Part shown: positions 37,614 through 49,080 of the stretch, piece by piece
How the letters are laid out: each line of letters opens with the position of its first letter
Numbering within the stretch: the first letter of the stretch is position 1
Virus record (IMG/VR): IMGVR_UViG_3300021375_000006
Length of the DNA stretch: 64,000 nt
Reading direction: 5' to 3' (one strand)
Source of the DNA: a virus
Taxonomy: Duplodnaviria > Caudoviricetes
The notes under the pieces: generated by a model
Told to the model about the DNA's origin: nothing
The model's input: only the letters and a program-made list of their open reading frames with translations
The model's database searches: none
Translations under genes and position numbers: made by a program

Positions 37614-40600
37614 TTACTGAGATATTGGTCTAAGTAATCTTGCAGCTTTAATAGAATTTAAGTTCTTTCCTTTAGCACCGTATTTAGCAAATACTTCTAA
37701 GTCAAATGAGAATTGTTCACCATACTTATCAAAAATATCTAAACCGATTTTCTTAGTATATGTTAAATTATTAAAAGCAAGTCTAGCTAAACCACCAACT
37801 CTACCAGTATCTATTTGTTCATCATTACCAAAGTAATCAGTCATTCTATATTGAAATACAATATCTACAGAAACTGCATTAGACTCATTATCTTTTTTAG
37901 CTTTAATTGATTTTCCAGATCTTTTGGTTTCACCGCTTACTTTTAGTGTGTCAATATTAACAGGCGATACAAATAAGAATGCACCACATGATTGTCCACC
38001 TAATAGGTATTGGTCACTAGCATCAAACGACATTTTAAGAGGTCTTTCATTAGCTATATCAGAGTCTGACGTTCCCCATAGACCATTACCATCGTGGTAT
38101 GCCATTTGTTGTTTTGAACTAATTTGATTAGTAGTTAAATCATAACCAAAAATACTTAACAACTGAGAACCAGTACCTTGTGTAGCCGACTTAGTCATTG
38201 AAAAAATCATAGATTTTTTAATACTTTCTAAGTCATAATTAGCGGCGTTGTTTTCAACACTGTCCCATATATTTGCTAATAGTGGGTGGTCTTTATGTAA
38301 GAATAAACCATTATTATATGCAGTTAATCCAATTGTTGATGTAGAAGTAACTTTAATTTTATTAGTATTCCAATCCCCAGTAAAGTCCTCAAAATCACCA
38401 GACCAAATAAAATCAGAATCACTATAAGTTCCAGTTGAAGTCCAAGGTAGTACTGTATTGTTTGCGTCAGTATAAGTACTTAAATCATATTCGTAATCTG
38501 AAATTGTAGGGTCTCCAGAAATATTACTTAAAGGAGCTGTTAAATAATGTGGGTTTTGATTAGCCACATCCATATATCTACTATAAACAAATTGACCTCT
38601 TCTTTGAGCAGATTGATATGGAGCCTGATATGTTTTTTCATATAAACCTGCTCCAGAACCTGAACCTACGTTCTGATACTGAATAGGTACTAAATCATAG
38701 TTACCTTCTTCTTGATAGTAATTATCTCTATTTACTTTATTATCAATTCCTGCGCCACCTTGATCGTTTAATCCAATACCAAAATTATTAGAACTTGCAG
38801 GTAAATCATTATTAGATGTAAAAGATCTATATACTGGTTTTATTCTATCACCGATTAGTCTAGATACTAATTCTAATTTAGTAGCCTTACTATTTTCTAA
38901 TTGTAGTTTAAATGTCTTAGTAACAATATGTCCCTTTCTAACTGTTAAGTCTGCAACCTCATCCACATAGTAACCAGCAAATAGCTGCGATGTAGTGTCT
39001 TTTGCAATATTAGTAACAGTACCTTCTTCGTCAACAATCTTAACAACCAATTCACCAACCTCTGCTTCAACCTCAGACTTAAGACCTGCTATTTGAGCTT
39101 CTAGTTGTGCAATTTTATCATAGACTGAAATTGGCTTTTGCTCTGGTGATAAAAATCCAGATGCTATATTAGTTGCAACGTGTGCGTAATAGTTTTCATT
39201 AGCAGTAAATGCATCACTAACGTGAGTAAATACACCTTGTGCAGTTAATTCTTCTGTAATTTGAACTTTAGCAAGTTCTGCAGTATTAACCTCAACTACA
39301 GCAGCAACATCAGTTGTATCAATTTCTTCTTCTGGGAATGAAACTTGAATTGGCTCTGACCAATCAGATAACATTGGATTAGCAGGGAAACCAGCTTCAG
39401 AAACTGACTTAACTCTAATCTCTACTAATTCACCTTGATTAATAGCAATATCTAATTGATTAAAGTTAATCTCTTGACCATCTTCAATCCTAGTATCTTG
39501 CCATGTAAACTTGCTAGAAATATTTCCATCATTATCAATAGATTTAGCTCTATCTCTAACTTTAGTTTTAGCCTCATTCCAATTTGAGAATACCGCTGCT
39601 TTTTCTCTATCTTCTTCTGTAAATTTAAGTTGTGCAACCTCAGCGGCTTTACCAGAAGTTGATAAGTATCTATATTGTACAACAAACTGTACAACGTTTT
39701 GATCTAAAGTATCTGCAACCTGTTTCGGTGCAGGTACAGACCAAAATCCTCTAATTCTATATTTAGGAGAAATCTTAGCTACATTAGATGAAGAAGATAA
39801 TGCCTGAATTTGTGTTACAATCGAGTTGTATAATTTAGCCTCAGAAGTTCTCTCTTCGATCAGCGAGTTTAACTCAGATTTATCTTTATCTTTTTGTACT
39901 TGAGATGCGTATTTTTTAGTTGCAATTTCAGTTCTCTTCTTAGAAATAGTATCATCTAATTTCTTAACAGCCTCTTCAACTGCAGCTTTATCAGCAGATA
40001 ATTTTTTAATCTTATCAGCAGAATCATTTTCAGTTAAGTGTTTATTAATCTGAACTACTTTAAAATTATCAGCTACTAGAGTTGGAGCATTAGGAGTTAC
40101 ACCTACCGTCGCCGGAGGAATATTATCTTGTTTAATAGACGTAATAAGTCTACCAAAGTCAGCCACATTCTCTTTGTAATAATCAGCTAATAAAATAATT
40201 GAACCATCTTCTTGAAGAATCTCTAAATCATTTGAATAGAATCCAGCACCAGGTGACCAGCTTTCAGCTAATATCTTAGATTCAGGATCTACTGCTTTTA
40301 CAAACATTAAGATTCTCTCATCAAATCCAATAGGTACTTCAATCGATAAATTATTATCTTCTACCTTGTAAATAGATAAACCACCTGCACCAATCTTAAT
40401 AGCTTCATAGCCCTCTAGCAATTCTAATTCAACCTGACGCGTCGAAGCATCAAGCTTATTAATCTTATATCTTGTGTTTTTAGAACCACCAGTGACCATC
40501 AATTGATCTCCTACGCGTAGTAATTCAGTCTCATCCAGATCTTTAGTATTATCTGAATACGTTAGTCTATCTAAAGTATAAAGTTTAATAGGCTGTTTAA

Positions 40601-41291
40601 CTGTTACTCCGTTCTCAACAACTTCTCTTTTAGAGTTAGAAATTGATAGGACATCAAATCTACCAGTATATTGTGTAGTTCTATATGGCATATCTCTTAA
40701 CTCTTCATCAAGTGTATATGCAATGTTGTTATTGACAATATCTCTAATCGCAGTTAGATAGTCAATACTATCCTGGTTTCTATAATTTTCATTAAAGAAA
40801 TCTACTGCAACTTGATTTGTACCATCAAATAAAATTCTTTTTACTAAGACTCTTTCTGTATCGTTTGGAATCTGCCCACTTACATCGATTGACGTAGTTA
40901 ACATTGGGTTTAAGAAATCCTCTGCAAAATAATTAGGCTTAGACTCAAACGCAGTCGGTCTTGATAAAGTAGTAATATCGTTTGCAGGCGTCTTTAGCGA
41001 AGTAGTAACTATATTTTGAAAAGTACCATCGGCTAATTTAACCTTAGTTGTACCTTTACTTAGACCTGCTAAAGCTTTTAGATTATTATCTAATCTCTCA
41101 AGCTCTTTTTTCATATAGCCAAAGCCAGGAACTGATACTATTTTAGTGCCCTCGTCAGTTAGTATCTCTAACGGGATGTCCTTAGCATTTGTAGTTACTG
41201 CTTCATTAATACGCTCAAAAGTCTTTAGAGAATTAGTATTAATCTCTAGCAGCTTCTTCAAAGAATTGGATATAGAGTTGTTAGTGTTCAT
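37614..41291 (-). CDS. Large virion structural protein, 1225 aa, with a central coiled coil
   Basis: Position in the tail/baseplate block; coiled coil KIKKLSADKAAVEEAVKKLDD... flanked by beta-rich regions. Confidence 0.5.
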   Translation of the reverse strand: MNTNNSISNSLKKLLEINTNSLKTFERINEAVTTNAKDIPLEILTDEGTKIVSVPGFGYMKKELERLDNNLKALAGLSKGTTKVKLADGTFQNIVTTSLKTPANDITTLSRPTAFESKPNYFAEDFLNPMLTTSIDVSGQIPNDTERVLVKRILFDGTNQVAVDFFNENYRNQDSIDYLTAIRDIVNNNIAYTLDEELRDMPYRTTQYTGRFDVLSISNSKREVVENGVTVKQPIKLYTLDRLTYSDNTKDLDETELLRVGDQLMVTGGSKNTRYKINKLDASTRQVELELLEGYEAIKIGAGGLSIYKVEDNNLSIEVPIGFDERILMFVKAVDPESKILAESWSPGAGFYSNDLEILQEDGSIILLADYYKENVADFGRLITSIKQDNIPPATVGVTPNAPTLVADNFKVVQINKHLTENDSADKIKKLSADKAAVEEAVKKLDDTISKKRTEIATKKYASQVQKDKDKSELNSLIEERTSEAKLYNSIVTQIQALSSSSNVAKISPKYRIRGFWSVPAPKQVADTLDQNVVQFVVQYRYLSTSGKAAEVAQLKFTEEDREKAAVFSNWNEAKTKVRDRAKSIDNDGNISSKFTWQDTRIEDGQEINFNQLDIAINQGELVEIRVKSVSEAGFPANPMLSDWSEPIQVSFPEEEIDTTDVAAVVEVNTAELAKVQITEELTAQGVFTHVSDAFTANENYYAHVATNIASGFLSPEQKPISVYDKIAQLEAQIAGLKSEVEAEVGELVVKIVDEEGTVTNIAKDTTSQLFAGYYVDEVADLTVRKGHIVTKTFKLQLENSKATKLELVSRLIGDRIKPVYRSFTSNNDLPASSNNFGIGLNDQGGAGIDNKVNRDNYYQEEGNYDLVPIQYQNVGSGSGAGLYEKTYQAPYQSAQRRGQFVYSRYMDVANQNPHYLTAPLSNISGDPTISDYEYDLSTYTDANNTVLPWTSTGTYSDSDFIWSGDFEDFTGDWNTNKIKVTSTSTIGLTAYNNGLFLHKDHPLLANIWDSVENNAANYDLESIKKSMIFSMTKSATQGTGSQLLSIFGYDLTTNQISSKQQMAYHDGNGLWGTSDSDIANERPLKMSFDASDQYLLGGQSCGAFLFVSPVNIDTLKVSGETKRSGKSIKAKKDNESNAVSVDIVFQYRMTDYFGNDEQIDTGRVGGLARLAFNNLTYTKKIGLDIFDKYGEQFSFDLEVFAKYGAKGKNLNSIKAARLLRPISQ

Positions 41292-41292
41292 A

Positions 41293-43233
41293 TTATCTTA
41301 AAATATCTACTTCAAATACAAAGTTAACTGGATCTGTACATACCAGTTCAATGTATGGTTTATTCGTTAGTAATTGCGATGGGTCAATATCTACAATATT
41401 TTGCCAACCGCCTGATTTGTTTGTCCAAACTTTAATGTTGTGACCATCTACATCAATAGTATCAAATGCAATTCTGAAAGATTGTCCTAATGTCCAACCT
41501 GTTACTGAATCATCAACATATATATTTAGGTTCCCATTTAGTGGATCGGCACTTAATTTATTCTTTAAGCTTAATCTATTACTATAAGAATTTAATTTAG
41601 TCCAAACACCATTAATATTAGAGTTTGAGTTATCAAATAGATTAGTACCTCCTAATACGCTACCACTTACCACACCAGATGCAATATCCCATTGGAATAC
41701 ATCGTTGACTACATAGCCTTCAACAGAGTTATTAACCTTAATTTTACCAGCAATTGATTTATCAACATTAGTACCTTTACCTGCAAAGATTACATCTGTA
41801 TTATACTGTAACTCTACTGGAATTGTACCATCAATTAGCTGATTAATTTTTGTATGTGCATTATTAATTAGGCTTAATAGTGCATTTGAATCTTGTAGTT
41901 GTAGAGACGATGCTGTAAAGTCATCCTCTAACTCTTTAATTCTACCCTCAAGTGTAGCAGCTTGTGCTGTGCCTAGGATAATATTCTCTAAAGAGTCTAA
42001 TCTCTCTACAATTTTATTATATCTATTATTAGCCTGTAATAACAGATCGGTTGCATTCTCTAACGCAGTGGTTGTGTCCATAAATAGGTCCATTGAGAAA
42101 GTAGTAAAGTCATTTACACTTGTCTCAACACCCACGTTATCTAGTGATGAATTAAATTTAAGATTTAATTTTAAAGAGTATGCATTACCATTTAAACCTG
42201 TAACTTCATTTGGCTTAAACTTAATTTGTTCATGGATTTTAGATCCAGGGCCATAAGCATCTGTAATATCATCTAAGATTAAGATACCATATAGGTTTGT
42301 TGCTCTATTCGCAGGAATAGAAGAACTATATAAATCGTAATAAACTAAAACAGCATTAAATCTGAACTGTTGTCCAGTCTTTGCATAATCCAGTAGTGAT
42401 TGAACATCTGGATTATTTTGAATTGGCTCATAAGATACAGTGTCCCAGTCAATTTGAACTGAGTTTGTAGCATTAGTTTGAATATCATAATATGCTGCAG
42501 TATTTGCCGTTGAACCAGCATCCACTATAGGTAATAAGTTGATATTTGGGTCAGGGTGCGTTTGCCCTTCTCTACCCTCAACATTAGTATTATTTACATC
42601 TAAATAAAGTTTAGTTGCAGACGTATTATAGTCTGTTGGTTTAAATAAAACTAGAGGTGTATAACCTACCGATGTCGGCACGTTAATATAAACTTCATGA
42701 TAAGTATTACCTTGATATGCTACGTCGTTCTCTGCGTCAATACTACCTAAGTACTTAACTACTTTATCGTAGTTCGAGCCACCTAAGATCGCATTATCGT
42801 TCTCAGCGTAGGCTCCTGTAGAAGACTCATTAGAGTCAGTTGGTCTAAAATCAATTGCACCCAATGAAGCTAACCACTTAAAGAAAATCTTTTCTGAATC
42901 TGATTGCAGTAAGATTGGGTCATAGTCATCGTCCTTTAGAAGTAGCTCTTCTAAATTCAATGCATAATTTTGGAATGTTTGTGCGAAATCCACATTCGGC
43001 ATATTGGCGTTATATGCTGCACCAGATTGTTCTTTCAAGTTCAGTTCAAAGTCGATAGTATTAGAACCATTAACAGAGTCTGTAAAATCAGGTAAGTCTA
43101 GTAAAGCGAATTTACTAAACTCAAAATTGATGTCAGCGCTATTAAATGCTCTAGTAATATCTTTTGCTGATGAAGCAAAAGCATACATCGTGCCGCCCTG
43201 CGGTTGTGGTATTCTTACTAATGGTGTTGCCAT
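41293..43233 (-). CDS. Virion structural protein, 646 aa
   Basis: Coupled within the structural operon; contains a short coiled coil. Confidence 0.5.
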   Translation of the reverse strand: MATPLVRIPQPQGGTMYAFASSAKDITRAFNSADINFEFSKFALLDLPDFTDSVNGSNTIDFELNLKEQSGAAYNANMPNVDFAQTFQNYALNLEELLLKDDDYDPILLQSDSEKIFFKWLASLGAIDFRPTDSNESSTGAYAENDNAILGGSNYDKVVKYLGSIDAENDVAYQGNTYHEVYINVPTSVGYTPLVLFKPTDYNTSATKLYLDVNNTNVEGREGQTHPDPNINLLPIVDAGSTANTAAYYDIQTNATNSVQIDWDTVSYEPIQNNPDVQSLLDYAKTGQQFRFNAVLVYYDLYSSSIPANRATNLYGILILDDITDAYGPGSKIHEQIKFKPNEVTGLNGNAYSLKLNLKFNSSLDNVGVETSVNDFTTFSMDLFMDTTTALENATDLLLQANNRYNKIVERLDSLENIILGTAQAATLEGRIKELEDDFTASSLQLQDSNALLSLINNAHTKINQLIDGTIPVELQYNTDVIFAGKGTNVDKSIAGKIKVNNSVEGYVVNDVFQWDIASGVVSGSVLGGTNLFDNSNSNINGVWTKLNSYSNRLSLKNKLSADPLNGNLNIYVDDSVTGWTLGQSFRIAFDTIDVDGHNIKVWTNKSGGWQNIVDIDPSQLLTNKPYIELVCTDPVNFVFEVDILR

Positions 43234-43258
43234 CTACAGTTTCGGTTTAATTTAATTA

Positions 43259-43816
43259 TTATGATATTGTACAAGCGTGTGCGCTAATTACATACCATAC
43301 GTTTTCAAAACATCTTAGTGTTATCGTTGAGTTATTGCCATCTAAAGAGATTGAAGCAGCTCCTAAACTAACTGTACCAGATGCTGTTACAGTAGCAGCT
43401 CCGCCGCTCTTGTTGATTAAAGTAACCTCTTGTCCGTCTACACCTGCTGGAATGTCATAGTTGCCATTCATAAAGTAAGTGCTCTTATCGATAGTCGTTG
43501 GAGCAGCTACTGGTGCACTTGCAGAACCACCTACACCTGATTTAACAATTGAACCACCAAAGCTCGTAGATGAAGAGAATGTAGCTGCTGTGCCAATTAA
43601 TGCACCTGCAGTACTTACTCTAAATAATGTAGATCCATTGACCACATTAAGTTCTTGAGATGTAGCATTTGTTAAACCGGCTAATACTGCAGTTGTTGGG
43701 TCTAATAGACCTGTAACTGTAGCTAGTTCGTCGTTTAGAAGTTCGAAGTTACTGTTGATAACTGGTCTTGAAGATGAAACCGAGTCTGTACCTAAAATTT
43801 CAGTAATGTTTGCCAT
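43259..43816 (-). CDS. Short baseplate/fibre-like trimeric protein
   Basis: N-terminal EILGTDS...VINSNF motif shared with the 26924-29008 fibre; Ala/Gly/Ser-rich beta region. Confidence 0.5.
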   Translation of the reverse strand: MANITEILGTDSVSSSRPVINSNFELLNDELATVTGLLDPTTAVLAGLTNATSQELNVVNGSTLFRVSTAGALIGTAATFSSSTSFGGSIVKSGVGGSASAPVAAPTTIDKSTYFMNGNYDIPAGVDGQEVTLINKSGGAATVTASGTVSLGAASISLDGNNSTITLRCFENVWYVISAHACTIS

Positions 43817-43823
43817 TTTTTGT

Positions 43824-46589
43824 TTATTTTACTTTTAACATGTTGCGTTGTACAACGTTCTTATTTCCATACGTGTCCTCCGCTTCCAGTTGTATCGAGT
43901 AATCACCCGGCTCCTGGAAAATGTACGTGAGCCACATATTATTATAGTATATATCATTCACATTTGGGTTACTTATATTAGTAATCGTCCATTTTGGGTT
44001 TCTTGCGCCCGGGAACTTAGAAATGTCGGTTGATATAGTGACATGGGTAGATCTTTCAACTTCTGCCCAGTTTTTAAATACTTTTAAATTATCCCATGAT
44101 GGGTTATATGTTACAGCGTGAACTTCACCACTTACCTCTGAATTTACGTTACCTCTAATGCTTACGCTTTCAAAATCGTATGTTTTAGAATATTCTTGTC
44201 CAGAACATAAAATAAATTGAAATTGATCTTGTGTATCAATATCATTATCGCTGTCCATATCCTTAAAAATAGCATTGTAATTAAATTTAGAAATAATAGG
44301 GTTTTGACTAGCCTCTAATTCATTTGCTATTGACTTCCATGATTCTACATCATTTACACTAGTTGGTGTTGATGACATAACCACATGCGTACCAGTTACA
44401 ACCTCATTAGTTATAGGGTTTTTATGTGTAATAGATAGTTGATCTCCCTGTTGAATCCAATCTATTTTAAAAGAAGAACTTAAATCCGGTCCTACTCTCA
44501 TATTATTCCACCAGTTATGTACTGTATCTTTCCATCTAAAAGAACACTCGTCCCATTGGTATGGTCCAGTAGTCTCCGAGTAACCAGTATCTGAGTAGAT
44601 GTCAATAAATCTTCTCACTGTTGAGAATCTTACACCCTGATCTGTAGCGTCTTTTGGATAATTAGCTCTATCTAATGTCAGATAGAAAGTAGCAATTGAA
44701 TCCTCTACTTTATTTGTATTATCTTGTGGGAAATCCCAATAACCACCAGAATGATTCCAATCTAATACTTTATTATTCCAAGGTGCTATATTATCTTTCT
44801 TATCAGTTTCTAACCAAGAGTAAATACCATATAATTCAATCTCTTTTAATTTAACATCAAAAAGATCTTTTTTCTTATAGTAAGACATGTGACCAAATAG
44901 ATCGTAATATCTTAATTCAACTGTATATGAACCTACATAGGGTAGATTAAGTGGCAATCTCTTGTAGTCATCGACAGGTCCTCTATATTCTTTGTGCCAT
45001 CCTTCTGGTCCATCAATAATCCATTCAACTTCATAGACCCATCTCTTCCACCAGTTTTCCCAGGTTACTTTAAGGTTTGCGTTAGCGTCGACGGCATCAT
45101 CCCATACAAATTGAGCCTCGTCCCATACATCATCCCAAGATTCCATCGAGTCTAAAATAACTGGACAACCAATTGGAATTAAGTTTTGACCGAAGTTCTG
45201 GTTCCATGAGTTCATCTCTCTATCATGATATGTCTCATAGAATTTTTCATAGACAGTTTTTAACTCTGTTCTTTGAGCCTCTGTTAAATTAGACTCATCA
45301 CCAATGCCTAAATTTAAGAATGTAGTGTAGTCATTAGTTAAATCGTTTTGATCTAGGTAAGACTTTAATACCATTGAAGTATCTTCAATAAATAAGTCTC
45401 TATCTTTAGGGAATACATCAAACTTTACTCTATGTCCTTCGGTGAAGAATCCAATTGGATTTTGAATCTTCCAGATGTTTAAGTTCTTCTGAGCGAAATA
45501 GTCGCCTTCCCCTGTGATGTCTACGATTTTAGCTTCGAGGGGTAAAAAATCTCGTTGTAATCTATTCTTTAAACCGTATAATTTAATTAGGACTTCTTCT
45601 GGAGTATAATCAAATACTTCATCTACATTAGCAAAATCCCACTGATCGAATGTACCATTAGGCTCATTTAATCTGTAGACTAGAGAGAATCTACTAGTTT
45701 TCTTCTGCGTAGCAGAAGGCATTTTAAACTTAAGTAGTTTTCTAGTCATCTCACCTCTTACAGATGAGTTAGGTACTGGGATTGCATGTAACTTACCGAA
45801 AGTCTTCGAGTCTTTATCTACATTAATCCAATACTCTTTAAGTGTAATCTTATCGTAACCAAAGAAGTCGATAGCATTTAGGATAGCCTTATATGTACCA
45901 ACGAATGGTTTAATATTATTTAGTTCTAATAGTAACTCCTTTCTCTTTTGGTTTAAGAGTTGATAGTCTGGATGCATTTCAGAAATGTCATGCGATTTGA
46001 ATATCATAAAGTCTTCGTCTTCTAAAGACGCACCTAAGTTACCTAATAAAACTTTTAGTCTTTCATCCTCTGCTTCTACTTCTCCGTAGAATTCAATCTC
46101 AGCGATTAGTGTTGTACCGGCTTTAACCTGCAATACTCTCTTGTGAATACCTTCGTTCTGTGAAGAGACCGCGATATTGATTTGTAGTGCAATATTCTCA
46201 TGTACATTTACATTCTTTAGATAATCACCATCCTGTGATGTTATCGTTGAATAGTCTGCTAAGTCTAATGATTGGGATTTAAGCTCCTTTATATAGGCCT
46301 TACCACCATCCATTCTCATACCATACATAATAACATCTTTCGACTGATCTTTTTCTAAAGCCTTCCAGCTAAAGTCAAATTTTGTTATTATACCATTTGG
46401 TGAGATTGGCTTATTGATTAAAGTTTGCCCTTCTTTTAAAACCTCTTCTAATACAAATAGATTAACAGTTTCATACAGATTTGCAGATACTTCAGGTAGA
46501 TAGACCTTACCAGTCCAAACACCTGCTGCGTTCTGTACCAACTGTAATTCAGAAGTAGTACCATTAAAGAATCTTAAATTATTCCACAT
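43824..46589 (-). CDS. Baseplate wedge-associated protein with a C-terminal PKD-like domain
   Basis: GTYKAILNAIDFFG (wedge gp7/P2 I-like); C-terminal YIFQEPGDYSIQLEAEDTYGN (PKD-like). Confidence 0.5.
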   Translation of the reverse strand: MWNNLRFFNGTTSELQLVQNAAGVWTGKVYLPEVSANLYETVNLFVLEEVLKEGQTLINKPISPNGIITKFDFSWKALEKDQSKDVIMYGMRMDGGKAYIKELKSQSLDLADYSTITSQDGDYLKNVNVHENIALQINIAVSSQNEGIHKRVLQVKAGTTLIAEIEFYGEVEAEDERLKVLLGNLGASLEDEDFMIFKSHDISEMHPDYQLLNQKRKELLLELNNIKPFVGTYKAILNAIDFFGYDKITLKEYWINVDKDSKTFGKLHAIPVPNSSVRGEMTRKLLKFKMPSATQKKTSRFSLVYRLNEPNGTFDQWDFANVDEVFDYTPEEVLIKLYGLKNRLQRDFLPLEAKIVDITGEGDYFAQKNLNIWKIQNPIGFFTEGHRVKFDVFPKDRDLFIEDTSMVLKSYLDQNDLTNDYTTFLNLGIGDESNLTEAQRTELKTVYEKFYETYHDREMNSWNQNFGQNLIPIGCPVILDSMESWDDVWDEAQFVWDDAVDANANLKVTWENWWKRWVYEVEWIIDGPEGWHKEYRGPVDDYKRLPLNLPYVGSYTVELRYYDLFGHMSYYKKKDLFDVKLKEIELYGIYSWLETDKKDNIAPWNNKVLDWNHSGGYWDFPQDNTNKVEDSIATFYLTLDRANYPKDATDQGVRFSTVRRFIDIYSDTGYSETTGPYQWDECSFRWKDTVHNWWNNMRVGPDLSSSFKIDWIQQGDQLSITHKNPITNEVVTGTHVVMSSTPTSVNDVESWKSIANELEASQNPIISKFNYNAIFKDMDSDNDIDTQDQFQFILCSGQEYSKTYDFESVSIRGNVNSEVSGEVHAVTYNPSWDNLKVFKNWAEVERSTHVTISTDISKFPGARNPKWTITNISNPNVNDIYYNNMWLTYIFQEPGDYSIQLEAEDTYGNKNVVQRNMLKVK

Positions 46590-46591
46590 AG

Positions 46592-46867
46592 TTATCTAGT
46601 TGTCTCGTCGTCTTTTTGTACTGTAAAGTTTTTATAGTTCTTTAAATATCTTACTTGATCTAAAAGAGCTACCATATAATCGTTGATAAAGAGTAAAAAC
46701 TCTCTTATCGTTTGGTTTCTTTGAATATGAGGGGAAACTTGTCTACCAATTAGACCTCTTTGACCAGACTTATAGTCGTACTTGGTATTCTTAAGATCGT
46801 CTCTTCTATGCTTGGCCACTTTATACAGCCTTTTACGCTTGTAAACTAATAGGTCTTTAAATAACAT
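46592..46867 (-). CDS. Hypothetical basic protein, 91 aa
   Basis: ORF track; coupled to the gp6-like stop. Confidence 0.6.
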   Translation of the reverse strand: MLFKDLLVYKRKRLYKVAKHRRDDLKNTKYDYKSGQRGLIGRQVSPHIQRNQTIREFLLFINDYMVALLDQVRYLKNYKNFTVQKDDETTR

Positions 46868-48696
46868 TATTTCAAGGCTTTTCTATTTCCAGCCTGTACT
46901 CTAGTGTATATTGTTCTAGGTACCGGCGTTTCATCAAAATTCACACTAAGTGCAGCTTCAGCATTAATACGGGCGTCGTCAATAATAGGGTCACCATCTC
47001 GGTCTTGCCATCCGCCTCTAAAGACAGCGACTTCTTCTTTCTCCATGATGATGTCACCCCATTCGTCTAAGCCTGCAACTGTATAAGGAATTTGGGTAGT
47101 AGCATCTACATCCACGGTCTTAACTTCCTCAATGCGCTTAAAGAAAATATATTTTTGTTTGCCGTTACCAATATCTTCTAAAACTACAGGTTCTTGTGGA
47201 ACAACAGATACAGTTTTAGACTCATAGTAACCTAGACGTCTAGCTGTCTCTTCTGTTTCTGAGATAAATCTCACATTTACTGAATCAATACCATCAATTT
47301 CTTCTAGAATATACACAATATCAGATTTAGGCAATTTATCTCTTCTTGTAATATTCAATAAGTAGTCACTTACTCTAGCTCTAACTTCGCTAAAGATTTC
47401 TTGTTTCGTATAGCCCTCAAAATATCTAATATTAATATCTAAGCTATATTTTCTAATTTGAGGTTTAACAAATACCACTTCAGTAGTAACCATTTGTTGG
47501 CCACTATCTTGAATCACTTGTGACATTTTGTCATATTCGTTTTGGTCAAAGAACATTTCATTCTGTGGAATAGAGAAATAGTCTTGACTTGCTAATAGTT
47601 TTCTTTTTATATCTGGTACAGCAAAAATATAGATAACATTATCATCATCTAAATACTGATCCGATGTGGTATTGTAAGCATCCACATACGAGAACATACC
47701 ATATCTTGATAAGAAATACTCGTAATTGTCTGGAGTTGCTAAGACGTAAGATTTGGAAGCGAGAGGTGCCATTAACTTAGTAAACTCTATCGACTCTTTA
47801 TCTGCGCCCATTTTAGGTGAAGAAGTTACATTAACCTCTAGGTATTCATTTAAGTCAAAATCATCACCATTAGAATCTACACCATCTGATAACCATTGAA
47901 AAATAATATCTTGACCATCGTCAATATTACCTAAAGCACCTTTGTGTTTTACATATTCGATTTGAATATCAGATCCAGCTGGTGGAATTGCACCAAAATT
48001 ACCAGTACCAAAGTAAACATCTAATCCGCCTGAAATACCCGTTTTAAGTATATAGCCTTTTTCTTCGTTTAATAAGTCATACATGGACTCATGTTTAGTC
48101 CATTGCTCTCCGTTAATAGCAACTGTAACTTTTGAATGATCTGTTAACTCATTAATTTTTATATTGTAAGATTGCATTGGCTCTCCAGTTCCAGTAAATG
48201 TTTGTTGTTCAAACAGACCCTGAATAATAGCACACTTAACTTTAAGTTTATTAGATTTTTCCAATCTAAACTTTTCTTGTTGGCTTAATATAGTATATTT
48301 TAAACCATTTAATTCACATGATAGTTCTGATCTAGCATCAATATTTAAACCAGTACCTGCAATCTTACCAAGATCTGCACCTACTTTCCATCTAAATTCA
48401 ATCTCACCAGTTGCAGCAAAACCTCTAGTTGCATCATGACCAGTTAATCTTGATAGACCATATATAGACTCTGGTTGCTGAGCAGTATAAATGTTTTGTT
48501 CTACCGTAGCATCTTCTACATAGAACATAATTAGTTCACCAAGCTCTGCCATTACATTTACAATCTGAGCAAATGGTGAAGCCTCTGTAAATAGAGTACT
48601 TGCACGATTATATACTCTTGCAATATAAGTACGAGCGTCTACCTTAATTTGGTTAGCGCTGGTTCTTAGTGTACTTAAAAATTTTAATTCTGCCAT
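46867..48696 (-). CDS. gp6: Baseplate wedge subunit (T4 gp6 / baseplate J-like)
   Basis: YIFYVEDATVEQNIYTAQQPESIYGLSRLTGH; YFGTGNFGAIP; GADKESIE...AP..YVLATPDNYE. Confidence 0.8.
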   Translation of the reverse strand: MAELKFLSTLRTSANQIKVDARTYIARVYNRASTLFTEASPFAQIVNVMAELGELIMFYVEDATVEQNIYTAQQPESIYGLSRLTGHDATRGFAATGEIEFRWKVGADLGKIAGTGLNIDARSELSCELNGLKYTILSQQEKFRLEKSNKLKVKCAIIQGLFEQQTFTGTGEPMQSYNIKINELTDHSKVTVAINGEQWTKHESMYDLLNEEKGYILKTGISGGLDVYFGTGNFGAIPPAGSDIQIEYVKHKGALGNIDDGQDIIFQWLSDGVDSNGDDFDLNEYLEVNVTSSPKMGADKESIEFTKLMAPLASKSYVLATPDNYEYFLSRYGMFSYVDAYNTTSDQYLDDDNVIYIFAVPDIKRKLLASQDYFSIPQNEMFFDQNEYDKMSQVIQDSGQQMVTTEVVFVKPQIRKYSLDINIRYFEGYTKQEIFSEVRARVSDYLLNITRRDKLPKSDIVYILEEIDGIDSVNVRFISETEETARRLGYYESKTVSVVPQEPVVLEDIGNGKQKYIFFKRIEEVKTVDVDATTQIPYTVAGLDEWGDIIMEKEEVAVFRGGWQDRDGDPIIDDARINAEAALSVNFDETPVPRTIYTRVQAGNRKALK

Positions 48697-48703
48697 TAGT
48701 TAT

Positions 48704-49060
48704 TTATCTTAAATTTACTTGGATTGTGTACTCATTATTTACAGTAATGTCTACATAACAAATATCTCTAACTTCACCTTTGAAAAACTTAACATCTACT
48801 GACGTATCGTATTTTCTAGAAAGGGGTACATAATTAGATAGTTGTTTTTCAATCTCGTTTCTAATTTGGAATTCATTTTGGTTTAAACTATACACCAAAT
48901 CTTCTAAATTACATCCAAAATCAGGTTCACCTAATACATCATTCTTTCTAGTAAAAAGAGTATTCTCGATCTGTACCAATAACTGCTCTATCTCACCGTT
49001 GTTTTGTACAACATTTGTTTGATAGTTAGGGTCACCTATATGTTTAATGTAAAAATCCAT
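48704..49060 (-). CDS. gp25: Baseplate wedge / sheath initiator (gp25-like)
   Basis: IENTLFTRKNDVLGEPDFGCNLEDLV, a typical gp25 motif; upstream of gp6. Confidence 0.8.
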   Translation of the reverse strand: MDFYIKHIGDPNYQTNVVQNNGEIEQLLVQIENTLFTRKNDVLGEPDFGCNLEDLVYSLNQNEFQIRNEIEKQLSNYVPLSRKYDTSVDVKFFKGEVRDICYVDITVNNEYTIQVNLR

Positions 49061-49080
49061 TTATATATGTATTCGGCTCA